Positions 39,791 to 53,200 are shown, counted from the first letter of the stretch. The stretch: DNA of 64,000 nucleotides from Mobula hypostoma (GCF_963921235.1 NC_086108.1:108626001-108690000); one strand, 5' to 3'. The notes: generated from the letters alone by a model not told the origin. A program made the numbers and translations.

Positions 39791-40375
39791 CAAAGGATGA
39801 CAAACAACCAATGTGTAAAAGAAGGCAGACTGTGCAAATACAAGTAATACTGGGAACATGAGTCATCGAGTCTTTGAAAGTGATTCTGTTGGTTGTGGAA
39901 TCAGTTCAGAGTTGAGGTTAGTTGAGTTATCCTCACAAGTTCAGGAGCCTGATGGTTGGGTGAAACTGTTACTGAACCTGATGGTGTAGATTTTTTACCT
40001 GATAATGGTAGAGAGAAGACAGCATGGCCTGGATGGTGGGTGTCTTTAATGATGGATGTTGCTTTCTTGTGCCAGCACACCATATAAATGTACTTAATGG
40101 TGGGGAATGCTTTGCCTATGATGGACTAGGCTGTTTCCACCAGTTTTTGTAGATTTTTCCATGCTTGGGTATCAGTGTTTCCATACGAGGATGTGATTTG
40201 ACCAATTAGGATAATCTCCTCTGTGCACCTCTAGAAGTCTGCCAAAGGTTTTGGTGACATGCCAAATCTACTCAAACTTCTAAGAAAGTAGGAACACTAC
40301 TGTACCTTCTTTGTGGTGATGCTTATGTGACGGTCCCAGGAAAGATCTTCAAATATGTTTCAAATTTAACTTTAA

Positions 40376-40660
40376 ATTATTGAGATACAGCACAGAATAG
40401 GCCCTTCTGTCTTTTGAGTTTTATCACCCAGCAATCCCCCAATCTAACCCTAGCCTAATCATGGGACAATTTACAACGATCAAATAACCTACTACAGTAA
40501 ACGGTATGTCTTTGGACTGTGGGATGAAACCAGAGCACTTGGAGGAAGCTCATACAGTCACGGCTAGAATGTAAAGAACTCCTTACAGACAGTGGTGGGA
40601 ATTGAACCGGGGTCAGCTGTACTGTAAAGCGTTGTGCTAACCACACACCATCATGCCACC
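40376..40660 (-). mobile_element. V-SINE (HE1-like) inside a Rex/Babar fragment (39890-40750)
   Basis: Closely similar to 12588-12885. Confidence 0.8.
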
Positions 40661-41229
40661 GTAGGAATTTATGCTTTTAAAGCTACCACCCTTCTCAAAC
40701 TCTGGCGCCTTAATGAGGTCTGGCTGGTAGATCTCTGGTTTCTTCCTAGTGCATTTGATAGGATTCTATAGGACTTGGGAAGTTTGGGAGAGTGGGCAAA
40801 GAAGTGGAAGATGGATACAGCACAGGGAAGTGTGGGGTTATCTACTGTGGTAGGAAGGATAAAGGTGCAGGCTACTTTCTAAATAGGGAGAGACTTGAGA
40901 AATCAGAGGTGAAAAGGGACTTGAGAGACTCAGTTCAGGATCTAGGACAGATAAAGATAGCATGCCTGCTGGGGAAGAGAAACGGATTCCTAGTTTAAGA
41001 GATTCGGCAGATGCTGGAAATTCAGAGTGACACACACAAAATGCTGGAGAAACTCAGCAGCCTCAATCCTCAACTATGGAGACGAATAAAGAGTCAACAT
41101 TTTGTGCTGCGACCCTTCATACTGATTAAAAGTCTCAGCTTAAAATGTCATCTCTTTATTCCTCTCCATAGATGCTGCCTGACCTGCTGATCTCCTCCAG
41201 CATTTTCTCTGTGTTTCCTTTTCATCATT

Positions 41230-41880
41230 CCACCAAACTGAGGGTTGTAAACTCAGCCAACTCTGTCATAGGCATCAGTTTCCCAGCTTCAAGGACACCT
41301 TCAAAAGGAGGTCAAGCATCCATCGTAATGGATCCCTATCACCCAGAGCATGCTCGCTTCCTGTTACTCTCAAAAGAGAGGAGGTCATGCTGCCAATGGA
41401 AGGTGCACGAGATTGAGATAAGCTGCAGAGAATTGTAAACTCAGCTCTCTCATGGGCACTAGCCTCCATAGTATCCAGACGTCTTCAAGGAGCGATGCCT
41501 CAAAAAGGCGGCATCAATCATTAAGGATCTTCATCACACAGGTCCTGCCTTGTTCTCATCGCTACCATCAGGGAGGAGGTACAGGAGCCTGAAGACACAC
41601 ACTCAATGATTCAGGAACAGCTTCTTCCCCTCCGCCATCCAATTTCTGAATGGACATTGTATCCATGAACACTACCTCACTACTTGTTAATTTCTATATT
41701 TGCAATATTTATTTAACTTTTTAAAATTATATTTTATATAATAGTTTATATATATACTTACTGTACTTCACTTTTTTCTATTACTCTATTATGTATTGCA
41801 ATGTACTGTTGCTGCACAGGCAGCAAATTTCACGACAGAAATGTAATAATATTTGGTGATATTAAATCTGATTCTGGTAC
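41230..41880 (+). mobile_element. Rex1/Babar 3' fragments (two in tandem)
   Basis: Repeated GTAAACTCAGC...AGCATCCATC...GAGGAGGT segments and a 3'UTR ending ATTAAATCTGATTCTG. Confidence 0.7.
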
Positions 41881-44607
41881 ATAAATGCAAGTGACTGATA
41901 TTGCCCATTTTGAATTTCTGTGCACCAGAAGAATTTATAAGCACTAGCAGGATATAGGCACCATTTATTCTTGGTTAGATCCACATTCAGATTTACTTAT
42001 CACACGTTATGTGAAAACGTACTGTCCAGTGAAAAGCGTTGTTTGCATTAACAACCAACACACCCAAGGGTGGGCTTGGGACTGCCTGCAAGTGTCGCCT
42101 TACATTCTGGCACCATCATAGCATGTTCACAATTCTTGGCAGAACAACACACCACATGATGGCGGAACTCAACAGGTTGGGCAGCATCTACGGAAATGAA
42201 CAAACAGTTCATTTGGTTTCAAGCCAAAACCCTTCACCAGGACCGGAAAGGAAAGGGGAAGATGCCAGAATACTATAAGGAGGTGGGAAGGAGGTCAAGC
42301 AAGAAGGTGATAGGTAAACCTAGGCTGGTGGGGGAGGAGAATGAAGTAAGATGCTGAGAGGTGATAGATAGAAAAGACAAAAGTTTGGCCAAGAAGGAAT
42401 CTGATAGGAGAGGAGAGTGGGCCATGGGAGAAAGGGAAGGAGGAACATCACCAGGGGGAGGAGGTGGGCAGGTGAGAAGAAGAGGTAAGAGATTGGAGTA
42501 GGAATTTAAAAAGAGGGAAGGGTTTGGGGGAAAAATTACCAGCCCTTGGAGAAATCGATGATCATGCCATCAGAAGGAATATGAAGTGTGCTCTTCCAAC
42601 AGAACACAACAAACCAGAATACGACAGGCAACAAAACAACAACAGCAAAACAAGCCCCATTCCTCCCTCCCAGCCACACACGTTCACAGTGCTCCAACCC
42701 CAGCACAGGCGGTCACTGGCCTCCAGCCTCTGAATCCTCTGAACCAGAGAAAAACTTTGGTTTAAGATGACATAACAGAAGATGGGCCACAGCTTACTGG
42801 CAGTTCATAAAGCAAGAAATACTTTATTAATAACACCTTTTCTGTGATAAATAGTGGTAAGCTATTACTGCAACCAATGAAGAGGCGAGCAAAAGCAAGG
42901 CTGAGTCGAGTGTCGAGGTACGTGGGTGCGATGCAAAGTCGGAGCGAGGTCAACACATGTTTAAGGAGAAATGGTCGGAGCGAGGTCTGTTGTACGTGCT
43001 TTGATAACAAACATACTTTGAACTTTAGAAGCCAGAGGAAGTGGTTGAGGCAGGTGCAAGGGTATGTACTTGGATAGTACATGAGGGAGTGGGCTTGCTG
43101 GGATATGAGAGCATCTGGGTGGGCACTGTGGTCAGCATGGACTAGTTGGGCCGAAGGGTCTGTATTCATGCCGTATTGCTCTGTGATTCTATAACTCTGC
43201 CTATGGCACACAGCTCCTACACTTTCACCATACTTTAAACTTGCCGCCCGAGCCACTACTTGCCCACTGCTCATAAGTATTATTGGCCACGACTACCACT
43301 TATAGCCCCATAAATGCCCGTTTAATTATTTCCTTTATTACACATCCAAGATATAAAAACTGATCAGTGCCGATTTAAACAGCAAAGCTTAAGGAGAATC
43401 ACAGGAAGCCCTCACTACGCTTGATAAAATTAATTATTGCTTTTCCTAGTGTCCCAGAAAACCAATACTATCTCTATTATATAATGACTGCATAATTAGA
43501 TTGTCTGCTGCCTGTTTGACTGTCCACATCAGCATTCAAAGTTTTCCTTTGTCTCATTGAGTAAAAAGGGAAGGTTTTTTTTATGTCAGGCTCAATCGAC
43601 TCACATGCTATCACTCCCTGTTTGAACCAAGGATGTGCTGGGGGCAGCCCCCGAGTGTCATTGCACAGTCTGACAGGGCATGCTGTTGCTCGGCAAAACA
43701 ACACAAGCAACAAGGACCACAGCAGGATGATAGGAAAAAAACAAACCACCAGCAAAACAAGCCCCTCTCCTCTGTCCCATGCACCCACACACTCAGGCAG
43801 TCTTTCTACTCCAGGATAGGCTGCTTTTGAACCTCCAACCTCCAGTGCACTGACGGACTTGCAGATTTTGAGCCCCTGACTTCCAAAGATTCAAAGCTTC
43901 AAAGTACATTTATAATCAAAGTATCTATGCAATATTCAATGCTGAGATTCATCTACCCACAGACAGACACAAAACAAAGAAAATCATGAAACCCATTCAA
44001 AGTAAATCATCAATCCCCACCCCCAACATGACAAAAGATTCGCTGCTTCCATGTTCTACTCTAGTGGACTCACAGACTCGCAGGACTGATCTTTGGGCAT
44101 TGGACCTTGACCTTCAGGCTTCAAACTTCTTTCTTCATCCACAGCATTTTGCTGGACTGCCATTCGTTCATGGATGTCGTTTATCACGAGTCCATGTCGC
44201 TGACCTTCAAACATGGAACAGATGCTTAGACCCTGGACTGACCTCTAATTCCACCACATCTAATATACTCTTCCCATGCCAATATAATCATGGTATGCAC
44301 GTGTGAGCCCATTTGTCCTGGGTCTCTTGATCTTGGAGTTAGGTGCAAGGTCTAGTTAATCATGAGTGGTGACTAGACCACAGCTAGCTGAACACAGTGG
44401 ATGTGAAAAATGTGTTTCCTCTCTTGAGAGAATGTAGAATTTGGGGTGGTTATCTAAACATGAGGTTATCCATCTAAGACAGAGACACAAAGAGACTTCA
44501 GGTGCTGGAATCTGGAGCAACACCCAAAAAGCTGGAAGAACTCAATACGTTGGCAGCATCTGTAGAGGGTCCATGGCCTCCTCTTGCACCAAGATAAGTC
44601 CACTGTC

Positions 44608-45320
44608 TGTCATGGTCCGGTCCGGGTCTTCCAGCTGTCCCTTGTTTCAGTTGGGCTTAATCATAGGCATCTGATGCTTGTTTTGGGGCTGGGAATATAA
44701 GTGGCCCTGGGAGCAAGTGTGGTTGCTGGTTTGTTGTGTCAGTATTCCCTTGGAGCAACCTGCTGGTGGAAGGCTAGAGCAGCCATTTGTATCACTAGGC
44801 CTGATCAGAGGACCACCGCTTCACGGAGCCTTGTTGTCTCTAGTCGGAGCAGTCATTGGGGTATGGATTCGGCTGTTTCCGGGGCCAGCTGAGTGGCCGT
44901 CTGCCACTCTGAGCTGGATATGGATTTGGCTGTTTCCGTAGCCAGCCAAGGTTGCTGGCTGCCCTGAGACTCAGAGCCACCCCAGATTGAGCTCCCTTCC
45001 TGTCCTTGCCTCCATGGGGTAAGTCAGGCTGTCCTTGCTGTTACCCTACAGTTGGATCTGTCCCTACCTGTCCTTGCCTCTGTGGGGTACCCAGGTGTAC
45101 CTCGTCCTGCCCAGGAAAGCCTTGAAGAGCCCTAGCCTTGTCCAGTCCTGTAGCCACATCATGTCCTTGCTTAGTTACGGAGTCTGAGCCCGAGTCAAGT
45201 CCCACGTTCTGGGTCCTTGATCAGTCTCTGGCTCGGAGTCCACACCCAGGCTCCTAGTTCCCAGTACTTCAGTGTCTGTGTCTTGCATTTGGGTCTGCTC
45301 TCAATACCCACCTTAAGACA
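44608..45320 (+). mobile_element. Solo LTR (Gypsy-type), 713 bp, inserted in a Penelope fragment (44480-45760)
   Basis: TGTC...GACA termini; 5-bp TSD CTGTC at 44603-07 and 45321-25; TATAA at about 44696; host sequence is continuous across the insertion. Confidence 0.88.
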
Positions 45321-46127
45321 CTGTCAGGGTGGAAGAGCAACCCCTTATATTCCATCTGGGTATCCTCGAACCTGATTCCATTGCTTCACTGGAATTGATT
45401 TCTCCTTCCAGTAAACAAATTCCACCCCCCCCCATCTATTCCTCACCCTGACCTTTTACTACTTCTCACCCCTCTATTACTTCCCCCTGGGTCCCCTCCT
45501 CCTTCTCTTTCTCCTATGGTCCACTCTCCTCTCCTATCAGATTTCTTCTTCTCCAGTCCTTTATCTTTCCCACTCACCTGGCTTCACTGATCACTTTCCA
45601 GCTGGTCCTCCTTTCCTTCACCCAACCTTTTTATTCTGGCATTTTCCTCCTTTCTTCTCAGTACTGAAGAAGGATCTTGGTCTGAAATGTTAATTGTTTA
45701 TTCATTTCCGTAGATGTTGCCTGACCTGATGAGTTCCTCCAGCATTCTGTGTGTGTTGTGTCTGTGGAGGGAAATAGACAGTCAACTTTTGAGGTCAAGA
45801 AACATCGACTGTCAGTTTCCGTCCATAGGCCAAGTGGCCTACACTTACCCCCAGCTTGTGTGCTGATGTGCCAATGACAGAGCTGAGGGTCATTTTTAGT
45901 TTTATTTTGATTTACAGAATCAGCACAGTAACAGGTCCTTCCGAACCAATAAGCCAAAGCCACCCAATTACGCCCACCTGACCAATTAACCAACTAACCC
46001 ATAGGTGTTTAGAAGGTGGGAGAAAACAGACAATGATGGATTTGAGCCCAGAGTGCTGATGTTGTAATAGTATTATGATAACCCCTACGCTACTGTAATA
46101 TCCTAAATTTTAGATTTTATCGTGCTC

Positions 46128-46665
46128 CGCTCTGTGGCCACTTTATTAGGTACACCCGTGCACCAAAGATAAATATCTAATCAGCCAATCGTGTGGCTGC
46201 AGCTCAATGCACAAAAGCATGCAAACATGGTCAAGAAGTTCAGTTGTTGTTCAAACTAACCCTCAGAATGGGGAAGAAATGTGATCCAAGTGTCATTGTC
46301 TGTGGAATGATTGTTGGTGCCAGACGGGATGGTTTGAGTATCTCAGAAACTGATGATCTTCTGGGATTTTCACACACAATCTCTAGAGTTTACAGAGAAT
46401 GATGAAAAAAAACAAACAAAAAAAAAAAATCCAGTGAGCAGCAGTTCTGTGGGTGAAAATGCCTTGTTAATGAGAGAGGTCAGAGGAGAAAGGCCAGACT
46501 GGCTCAAGCTGACCGGAAGGCAACAGTAACTCAAATAACCACACGTTACAACTGTGGTGTGCAAAGGAGCATCTCTGAACACACAACATGTCAGACCTTG
46601 AAGTGGGTGAGCTCCACAGCAGAAGACCATGAACACGCACTCAGTGGCCACTTTATTAGGTATGG
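46128..46665 (+). mobile_element. Tc1-derived non-autonomous transposon
   Basis: Same family as 30220 and 35426. Confidence 0.85.
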
Positions 46666-47519
46666 AACGTATATATATGCATGGAAACACAAGAAACTGC
46701 AGATGCTGGAACCTGGGGCAATATAAAATCTGCTGGAGGAACTCAGCAGGTCAAGCAACATCTGTGGGTAGGGGTGTGGGAAGAGAGGAATGGCCAACAT
46801 TTTGGGTTGAAAGCCTGCATCTGAACCCTTACAGTGCTCCGGACCAGAAGGTCAACAATTCCTAACTACACCCCCTGCATTTGCACATTCTGCCCAGCCT
46901 GCAACCCACCATATACATTAAAATGATAGAGAGAGGAGAAAAATTAGGCCATTCAGCCCATTTAGACTGCTCCACCATTCTATCATGGCTGATTTATTAT
47001 CCCTCTTAACCCCATTCTCCAGCCTTCTCCTCGTAACCTCTGACACCCTGACTAATCAAGAACCTATCATTCTGTCCTTTAAGTATACCTATTGACTTGA
47101 CTCCCCAACCATCTACACACTCACTACCCTCTGGTTCAAGAAATTCCTTCTCTTATCTGTTCTAAACGGACGTCCTTCTATTCTGAGATTTTGCCCTCTG
47201 GTCCTTGACTCTCTTACTATAGTAAACATTCACCTAATGTTCAGACTACCTTGGCCTTTCAAAATCCGGTCACTTTCCGTGAGATCCCCAGCAGATCTCG
47301 TTGAGTTCTGCCCAGGTCCTCTGGTTTCCTTCAGAGTCCAAGGATGTACCAGGTGGGTTGTAAACTGTTTTCTGATTGGGTTAGGGTCACATCAGGGTTG
47401 TCGGGGTTTACCGGACGGCATGGCTTGAAGGGTCTGGAAGGCCTATTCCACGTTGTATCTCCAAATAAGTAACGTAAAGAGTTCTCCAGTGAGTTCCTCC
47501 AGCAGATTGTTTGTTGTTA

Positions 47520-48700
47520 TATAAACGCACATTATTGTTGTTTTATAGTGTCGGCATCAAAACCTGCCCCAGCACACAGTGGGTCATAGTGTGTGCACCT
47601 CAGGAACCACGTCAGCTCAACCAATAGGCAACGCATTATGAATCCACAACAAAACAGACACCACTTTTTTTTTGTCTGTTGTAAATGATCTTGTCCACAA
47701 GACAGCCATTTGGGAGATTCATTAGACTATTAGTTATCATTGAGGAAGGACGTTACAGGCATGTAGCAGAAAATTGAAATTCTTTTTTATTGCAAACGAA
47801 GGGACTGGCAGCCGTGGATTTTTTCCAGTAAATCTAGCCAATAAAACTCCGACAGAGAATTCAACCGAACTTCTGAATCACAACTTACATCTCCAAAATG
47901 GAACAACCCCCTACTTCCCCAATAGCACGGTTACATCTCATTAGCAAGCCCCCATGATGATCAGATGTAGACATGCTGGGCATAATTTAGGAAGCCTTCT
48001 CCATGGCAGCGTTAGGAGGCACAAAGGGCCAATCAATGTTATCGATCTTGACAACTGAAGACCCCAGGCACTTTAAGTTCTGGACTGGTAATCGGTGGTG
48101 GGGTTTGAGGGGAGTGGAGAGAGGGGGAAAGATTGACAAGTTCTGTCTGCAAGAAAGTCGATAGAATTAGCACTTCTTATTTTCTCATTTGCATCCTGGC
48201 CGCGGACGATTAGACGCTCTGTCAAGAGCCATGCATTCAGAATACATGATCTCTGACGTCCTAGTTTACAACACAACTGAAAGAGGTCACATTTTAAATA
48301 TCTTTCGTGCTTCAACACATTCCGCGATAGTATAAATTTAATTTCTCTGCACACAGTGAAATCCCGTCACTTACCTCAAGAGCTTTGTTTAATTTTCCTT
48401 TTCAGCCGTAGTAAAGTAAATTGTGTTCTTGTACTGCATCATTGTGAATTTGAGTACTTTTTAAAGATGCCCAAATCTCTTCAGAAAAATATTGTAAATG
48501 TGTAAATTACCACAGGTTTAAGCTCTTAAGAATAAAGCTCTTAAAAATAAGGTTTAGTGAAATTGAAAACTGATTCTAGGGAAAAGGAATGCATGTCTCT
48601 ATTTTATCTCTACATCCACCAAGGATGGATGTATGTAGTGATGTGCAAAATTTGGACATTTTCTTTGTGACTGGTACTTGGATAGAATTAAATTGTTCAA
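47520..48700. promoter_or_regulatory. Repeat-free island; candidate conserved non-coding element
   Basis: About 1.2 kb with no recognisable repeat; several CCAAT, CTCATTTGCAT (about 48184), TGACGTC and ACAAAG motifs. Confidence 0.3.
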
Positions 48701-49485
48701 ATTTAATTGCCATTCAACCATTTCTGAATACCTGTGAATACAGCCAAATGAAACAGTGTTACTCAGGTGCAAAACTCAATGCCATCAGTCACACACAGAA
48801 CATAACCCATATCACACATATAAGGTAACAGTAAAATGCAGTCACACAAAAAATGCAGTCCACATCCCTGAGTTCATGAGTGTTCCTGCAGTCTTCAGTT
48901 GGAAACTGTTCAACTTGTCTTACACAGAACGAACACTGGATGCCAGCATGGAAGCCATGTCTCTAGCATCAACACCGATGCCTCACTTCTGGGAAACAGC
49001 AAACAGGTGCTGCCGCGGCTTGAGGCCTAATCCTTACTGTGACTGAGGCCACACAGCTCCCCTGCCATCAGTCTCACCAATAAACCAATGAATTGGATTT
49101 GCAAAGGTTCAAAAGCTTCAAAGAACACTTATTATCAAAGTATGTGTGCCGTATACAACCCTGAGATTCGTCTTACCCACGGACAGCTACAAAACATGGA
49201 AGTACCATGGAAGACATTCAAAGAAAACATCAAACACTCACTGTGCAAAATAAAGAACAAACTGCAAAAACAACAAAAACAAGTGGAGGATGCACAGAAT
49301 ATTAAACATCAGACTGCAGAATCATTGAAATCGTCTAGGAATATTCAGTTTAGTTCTGTTCAGTTCAATTGAGCCCTTGTTTTTTTTTTGTCTACAAGCT
49401 GCAGAGTCAGTCTGTCCCAATCAAGATTGTGTAAAACAGCATTAAAAAAAAGGAGTGACTAGAAACCAGAGACACATATAACATG

Positions 49486-49946
49486 CAACACACATCAAAG
49501 TTGCTGGTGAACGCAGCAGGCCAGGCAGCATCTCTAGGAAGAGGTGCAGTCGACGTTTCAGGCCGAGACCCTTCGTCAGGACTAACTGAAGGAAGAGTGA
49601 GTAAGTGATTTGAAAGTTGGAGGGGGAGGGGGAGATGCAAAATGATAGGAGAAGACAGGAGGGGGAGGGATGGAGCCAAGAGCTGGACAGGTGATCGGCA
49701 AAAGGGGATACAAGAGGATCATGGGACAGGAGGTCCGGGAAGAAAGGGGGGGGGGACCCAGAGGATGGGCAAGGGGTATATTCAGAGGGACAGAGGGAGA
49801 AAAAGGAGAGTGAGAGAAAGAATGTGTGCATAAAAATAAGTAACGGATGGGGTACGAGGGGGAGGTTGGGCCTTAGCGGAAGTTAGAGAAGTTGATGTTC
49901 ATGCCATCAGGTTGGAGTCTACCCAGACGGAATATAAGGTGTTGTT
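49486..49946 (-). mobile_element. Young Penelope-like 3' end (pseudo-LTR)
   Basis: 13-bp TSD CACATATAA(C/T)ATG at 49473-85 and 49947-59. Confidence 0.9.
49547..49584 (-). ncRNA. Minimal type I hammerhead ribozyme (PLE-associated)
   Basis: Minus strand UAGUC-CUGACGA-A-GGGU-CUCG-GCCU-GAAA-C-GUC^GACUG; all core nucleotides present. Confidence 0.85.
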
Positions 49947-50834
49947 CACATATAATATGAACTACAGAACCCTCTAAAAACAAGTCCAATCCACAAGCTG
50001 CGGTGATCAAACCTTGCCCAAGACCCAAGACTCCTGCACCTTCCTCGGCATCAGCGAGTGAGAAGGAGAGGGAGGTGGGTCAAATGCAGACAGGCAGACA
50101 TTCGAAGATTCGGCTGGTGATAGACACCTGCTCGTCTTCTGCTCTCATCCTTGATGATTTCACTCTTGGTCAATGCTTTAATCGTCAAGTCGTTGAGAAT
50201 TAGAGCTGCTCATGGATTTGTGCTCTGCCATCAGGCTCGCTCCATTCTCAACCATGCCCAATTCCCTTGGCGATAGCAAAAGTGCCAGCTTGCTCTGTCA
50301 GCCCAGAAACACATTATCAAAATGTAAATTACAGGCTCCAGGCACATACAGATTAGTAGTAGAAGTATATTTAAAAGAAGAAGGAGAAGAAGATGTAGTT
50401 TTGTGAACTGTCTGTAGCATGACATGATTCGTCATGTTGGTTGCTGACAATATCTTGCCCATAATTCCATATTACAAATATCCATCAGGGTCTTGCAATC
50501 ACAAGAAGAGCGACGTAGACAATCACTTGCTGTTAGACTGCACACTGCCTTTGTGCACTGACTCCCACACCTCTCTGTAATAGGCAGCAACAACGTCTGC
50601 ACCAAGTCCAGCTCCTTTGTTTTCTCTGCCAACAAGCAGACCTGGGGTAGACTGCAGTACTTTAAATTCTTAATGTCCAGCAGGATCTTGAGATCGGAAA
50701 AAAAGTATGTTTAAAAATAACAGCAACACCTTTGGTTGCCCCCCGTAGAAGCCGCTGTGTCTGAGCGCACCGCTGTCTTACTGGAAGTTATGTGTGCCAA
50801 ACACAGGCAAATGGGATCTGTCAACAAGGTTCAG

Positions 50835-51120
50835 GGCAGTGCAGTGGTGTAGCGGTTAGTGTAACGCCATTACATTGCCAGCCAAAAGTAATCGGGGTTC
50901 AACTCCCACCACTGTCTGTAAGCAGTTGTATGTTCTCCCCTTGACAGTGTGGGTTTCTCCTGGGTGTTCCAGTTCCCTCCCACATTTCAAAGACATACGG
51001 GTTAGGGTTAATATGTTGTAGGCATGCTATGTTATCATTGGAAGGTGGCAAAACTTGTGGGCTGCCCAGCAAAATCGTCACTAACTTGATTTGATGCAAA
51101 TAACACATTTCACTGTACGC
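50835..51120 (+). mobile_element. V-SINE (HE1-like)
   Basis: A box TGGTGTAGCGG, B box GTTCAACTC and V-domain. Confidence 0.8.
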
Positions 51121-51351
51121 CGACTCCATCAAGCACTCTAGTGTCCTCAGCATCAAGGATATCTTCAAATGGTCATGCCTTAAATCCATCAGTCAGGACA
51201 TGCTCTCTTCTCTTTACTACCATCAAGGAGGAGATACAGGAGCCTGAACACACACACTCAATGTTTTAGGAACAGCTTCTTCCCCTCCACCATCAATGAA
51301 CCCATGAACATGACCTCAGTTGTTTTTTCCCCCCTTTTTGCACTTGTTTGT

Positions 51352-51693
51352 CCATCATGAGCCATGTTGCATGACATGGACGATCATGATCTTTCCATAA
51401 CAGAAATGGCTTGTTATTGCCTTCTTCTGGGCAATGCCTTTGCAAGACGGGTGACCCCAGCCATTATCAATACTCTTCAGAGATTGTCAGTGGTCACATA
51501 ACCAGGACTTGTGATGTGCACCAGCTTCTCATATGACCATCCGCCACCTGCTCCCATGGCTTCAGGTGACCCTGATCAGGATCGGGGGGCTAAGCGGGTG
51601 CTACACCTTGCCCAAGGGTGACCTGCAGACCAGCAGAGGGAAGAAGTGCCTCACACCTCCTTTGGTGGAGATGTATCACCGCCCCGCAACCCA
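51352..51693 (-). mobile_element. RTE-derived bipartite element
   Basis: Copy of the 27070 family. Confidence 0.7.
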
Positions 51694-51744
51694 GTTACTT
51701 CTCTCATTTATTTTTAAAATATTTCTTATTGTAATGGACAAAAT

Positions 51745-52285
51745 GAATGAGGCTACTCTCAGACTGGAGGAGCAACACGTTCTTATTCGACCTGGGTAGC
51801 CTGCAACCTAATGGCATGAACATTGATTTCTCCAGCTTCTGGTAACTTTTACCCCTTCCCTTTTCCCTCTTCCTCAATTCCCCATTCTGGCCTCCTCTCT
51901 TAACTCTTCTGCTCACCTGCCTATCATCTCCCACTGGTGTCCCTCCTTCCTTTTCACCCATGATCCACTCTTCTCTCCTATCAGATTCCTTCTTCTTCAG
52001 CCCTTTACAGTACCTTTTCCACCTATCACCTTTCAGTTTCCCACTGCATCCCAGCTTACCCCCCGCCTGGCCTCACCTATCACCTGCCAGCTTGAAGTCC
52101 TTCTCCTCCCTCCACCATTTTATTCTGGCTTCTTCCCCCTTCCTCTTCTCTCCTTATGAAGGGTCTCAGCCCAAAGCATCACCTGTTTATTCTCTTTGAC
52201 AGATGCTGCCCGATCTGCTGAGTTCCTCTAGCAGTTTTGTCTGTATCACCCTGAATTTACAGCATCTACTAAACCGCTTATGTTT
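51745..52285 (+). mobile_element. Penelope-like 3' fragment
   Basis: NEATLRLEEQHVLIRPG, pyrimidine-rich UTR and a decayed hammerhead at about 52150-52185. Confidence 0.8.
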
Positions 52286-52715
52286 AAATTGCAACTACCC
52301 ATTTGCAGCACATATCCAAGGCAGTTCATTATATCATGAAGTATTGCTCATGTGACAGTGACCTGCTTTACCTGGATGCTTCAAGTAAAGGTATTTTTAC
52401 CTCCTTCATTAATCTCCTTGCTTTATTGATTAAGATGGAACGGAATAGAAAACGCAGCGCTTCAATCTTCTCCTGGCTCGAAAGGGTTGATGTAAAATAA
52501 GCTGGAACAATTTCACTTCTTCTGCAACAAGTTCATGGAAAAATAAGACATTTGTTGCAATTCATCATTGAGAATTTCTCTCTAAATATGGCTTTTAAGC
52601 AGGGGCTCCCAACCTGTTCTATGCCATGCACCAATACTATTACGCAAAGGGCCCATAGACCCCAAGTTGGGAATCTCTGCTCTAAAGTGTGTTGTTGATT
52701 CCTTAGGGTTGTCAT

Positions 52716-53200
52716 AGCTGGGGGGAGAGGAGTGTGGGGATGTGCTCCGACTACCTATTAAATGCTCTCAATGGTGTGTGTCTCAGATAACCTCTGACAA
52801 CCAAGTCCAGCTTCTAGCCTTCATGTGTGGCTTAGTTTCTAAGCCCAGTGGAACCATTTCTACTGACAGGAGAAGGGGCAAATGCCTTAAAACCAGTCGC
52901 CCTGACCGACAGCTTATCTTGGAGAAGAATAATTCTGATGTCAAACCTCTGCTGCTTTGCGGCTATACTTACTCATGGGGAAGGCTTCAGGAGTAAGCCC
53001 TGAGGAAAAATCCAGGCTGGTGTCCTAAGGCAGTCCTACTTGAGTTCAGTGCTGACTGGCAACTCCTGCAATGCTGCTGGTATCAAACTGGTTCGGTCTC
53101 TGCCATTCCTTTGGGTTCATCAGCTCTATGGAGAAGGGGAGCCTGCATGCATGGGCAACAGATTGCTCTCCATATCGTACTGCCCAGCCTTGTGTATTGG
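52716..53200 (+). mobile_element. Structured non-autonomous retroelement, probably RTE-dependent; second copy at 60985-61540(-)
   Basis: The two copies are colinear over about 480 bp; no ORF; 3' part shares a pseudoknot with the 11419 SINE. Confidence 0.6.

Noticed and set aside
50432..50635. Cys-rich 67-aa ORF on the minus strand
   Set aside because: The cysteine spacing matches no domain I recognise, and the length is within chance expectation
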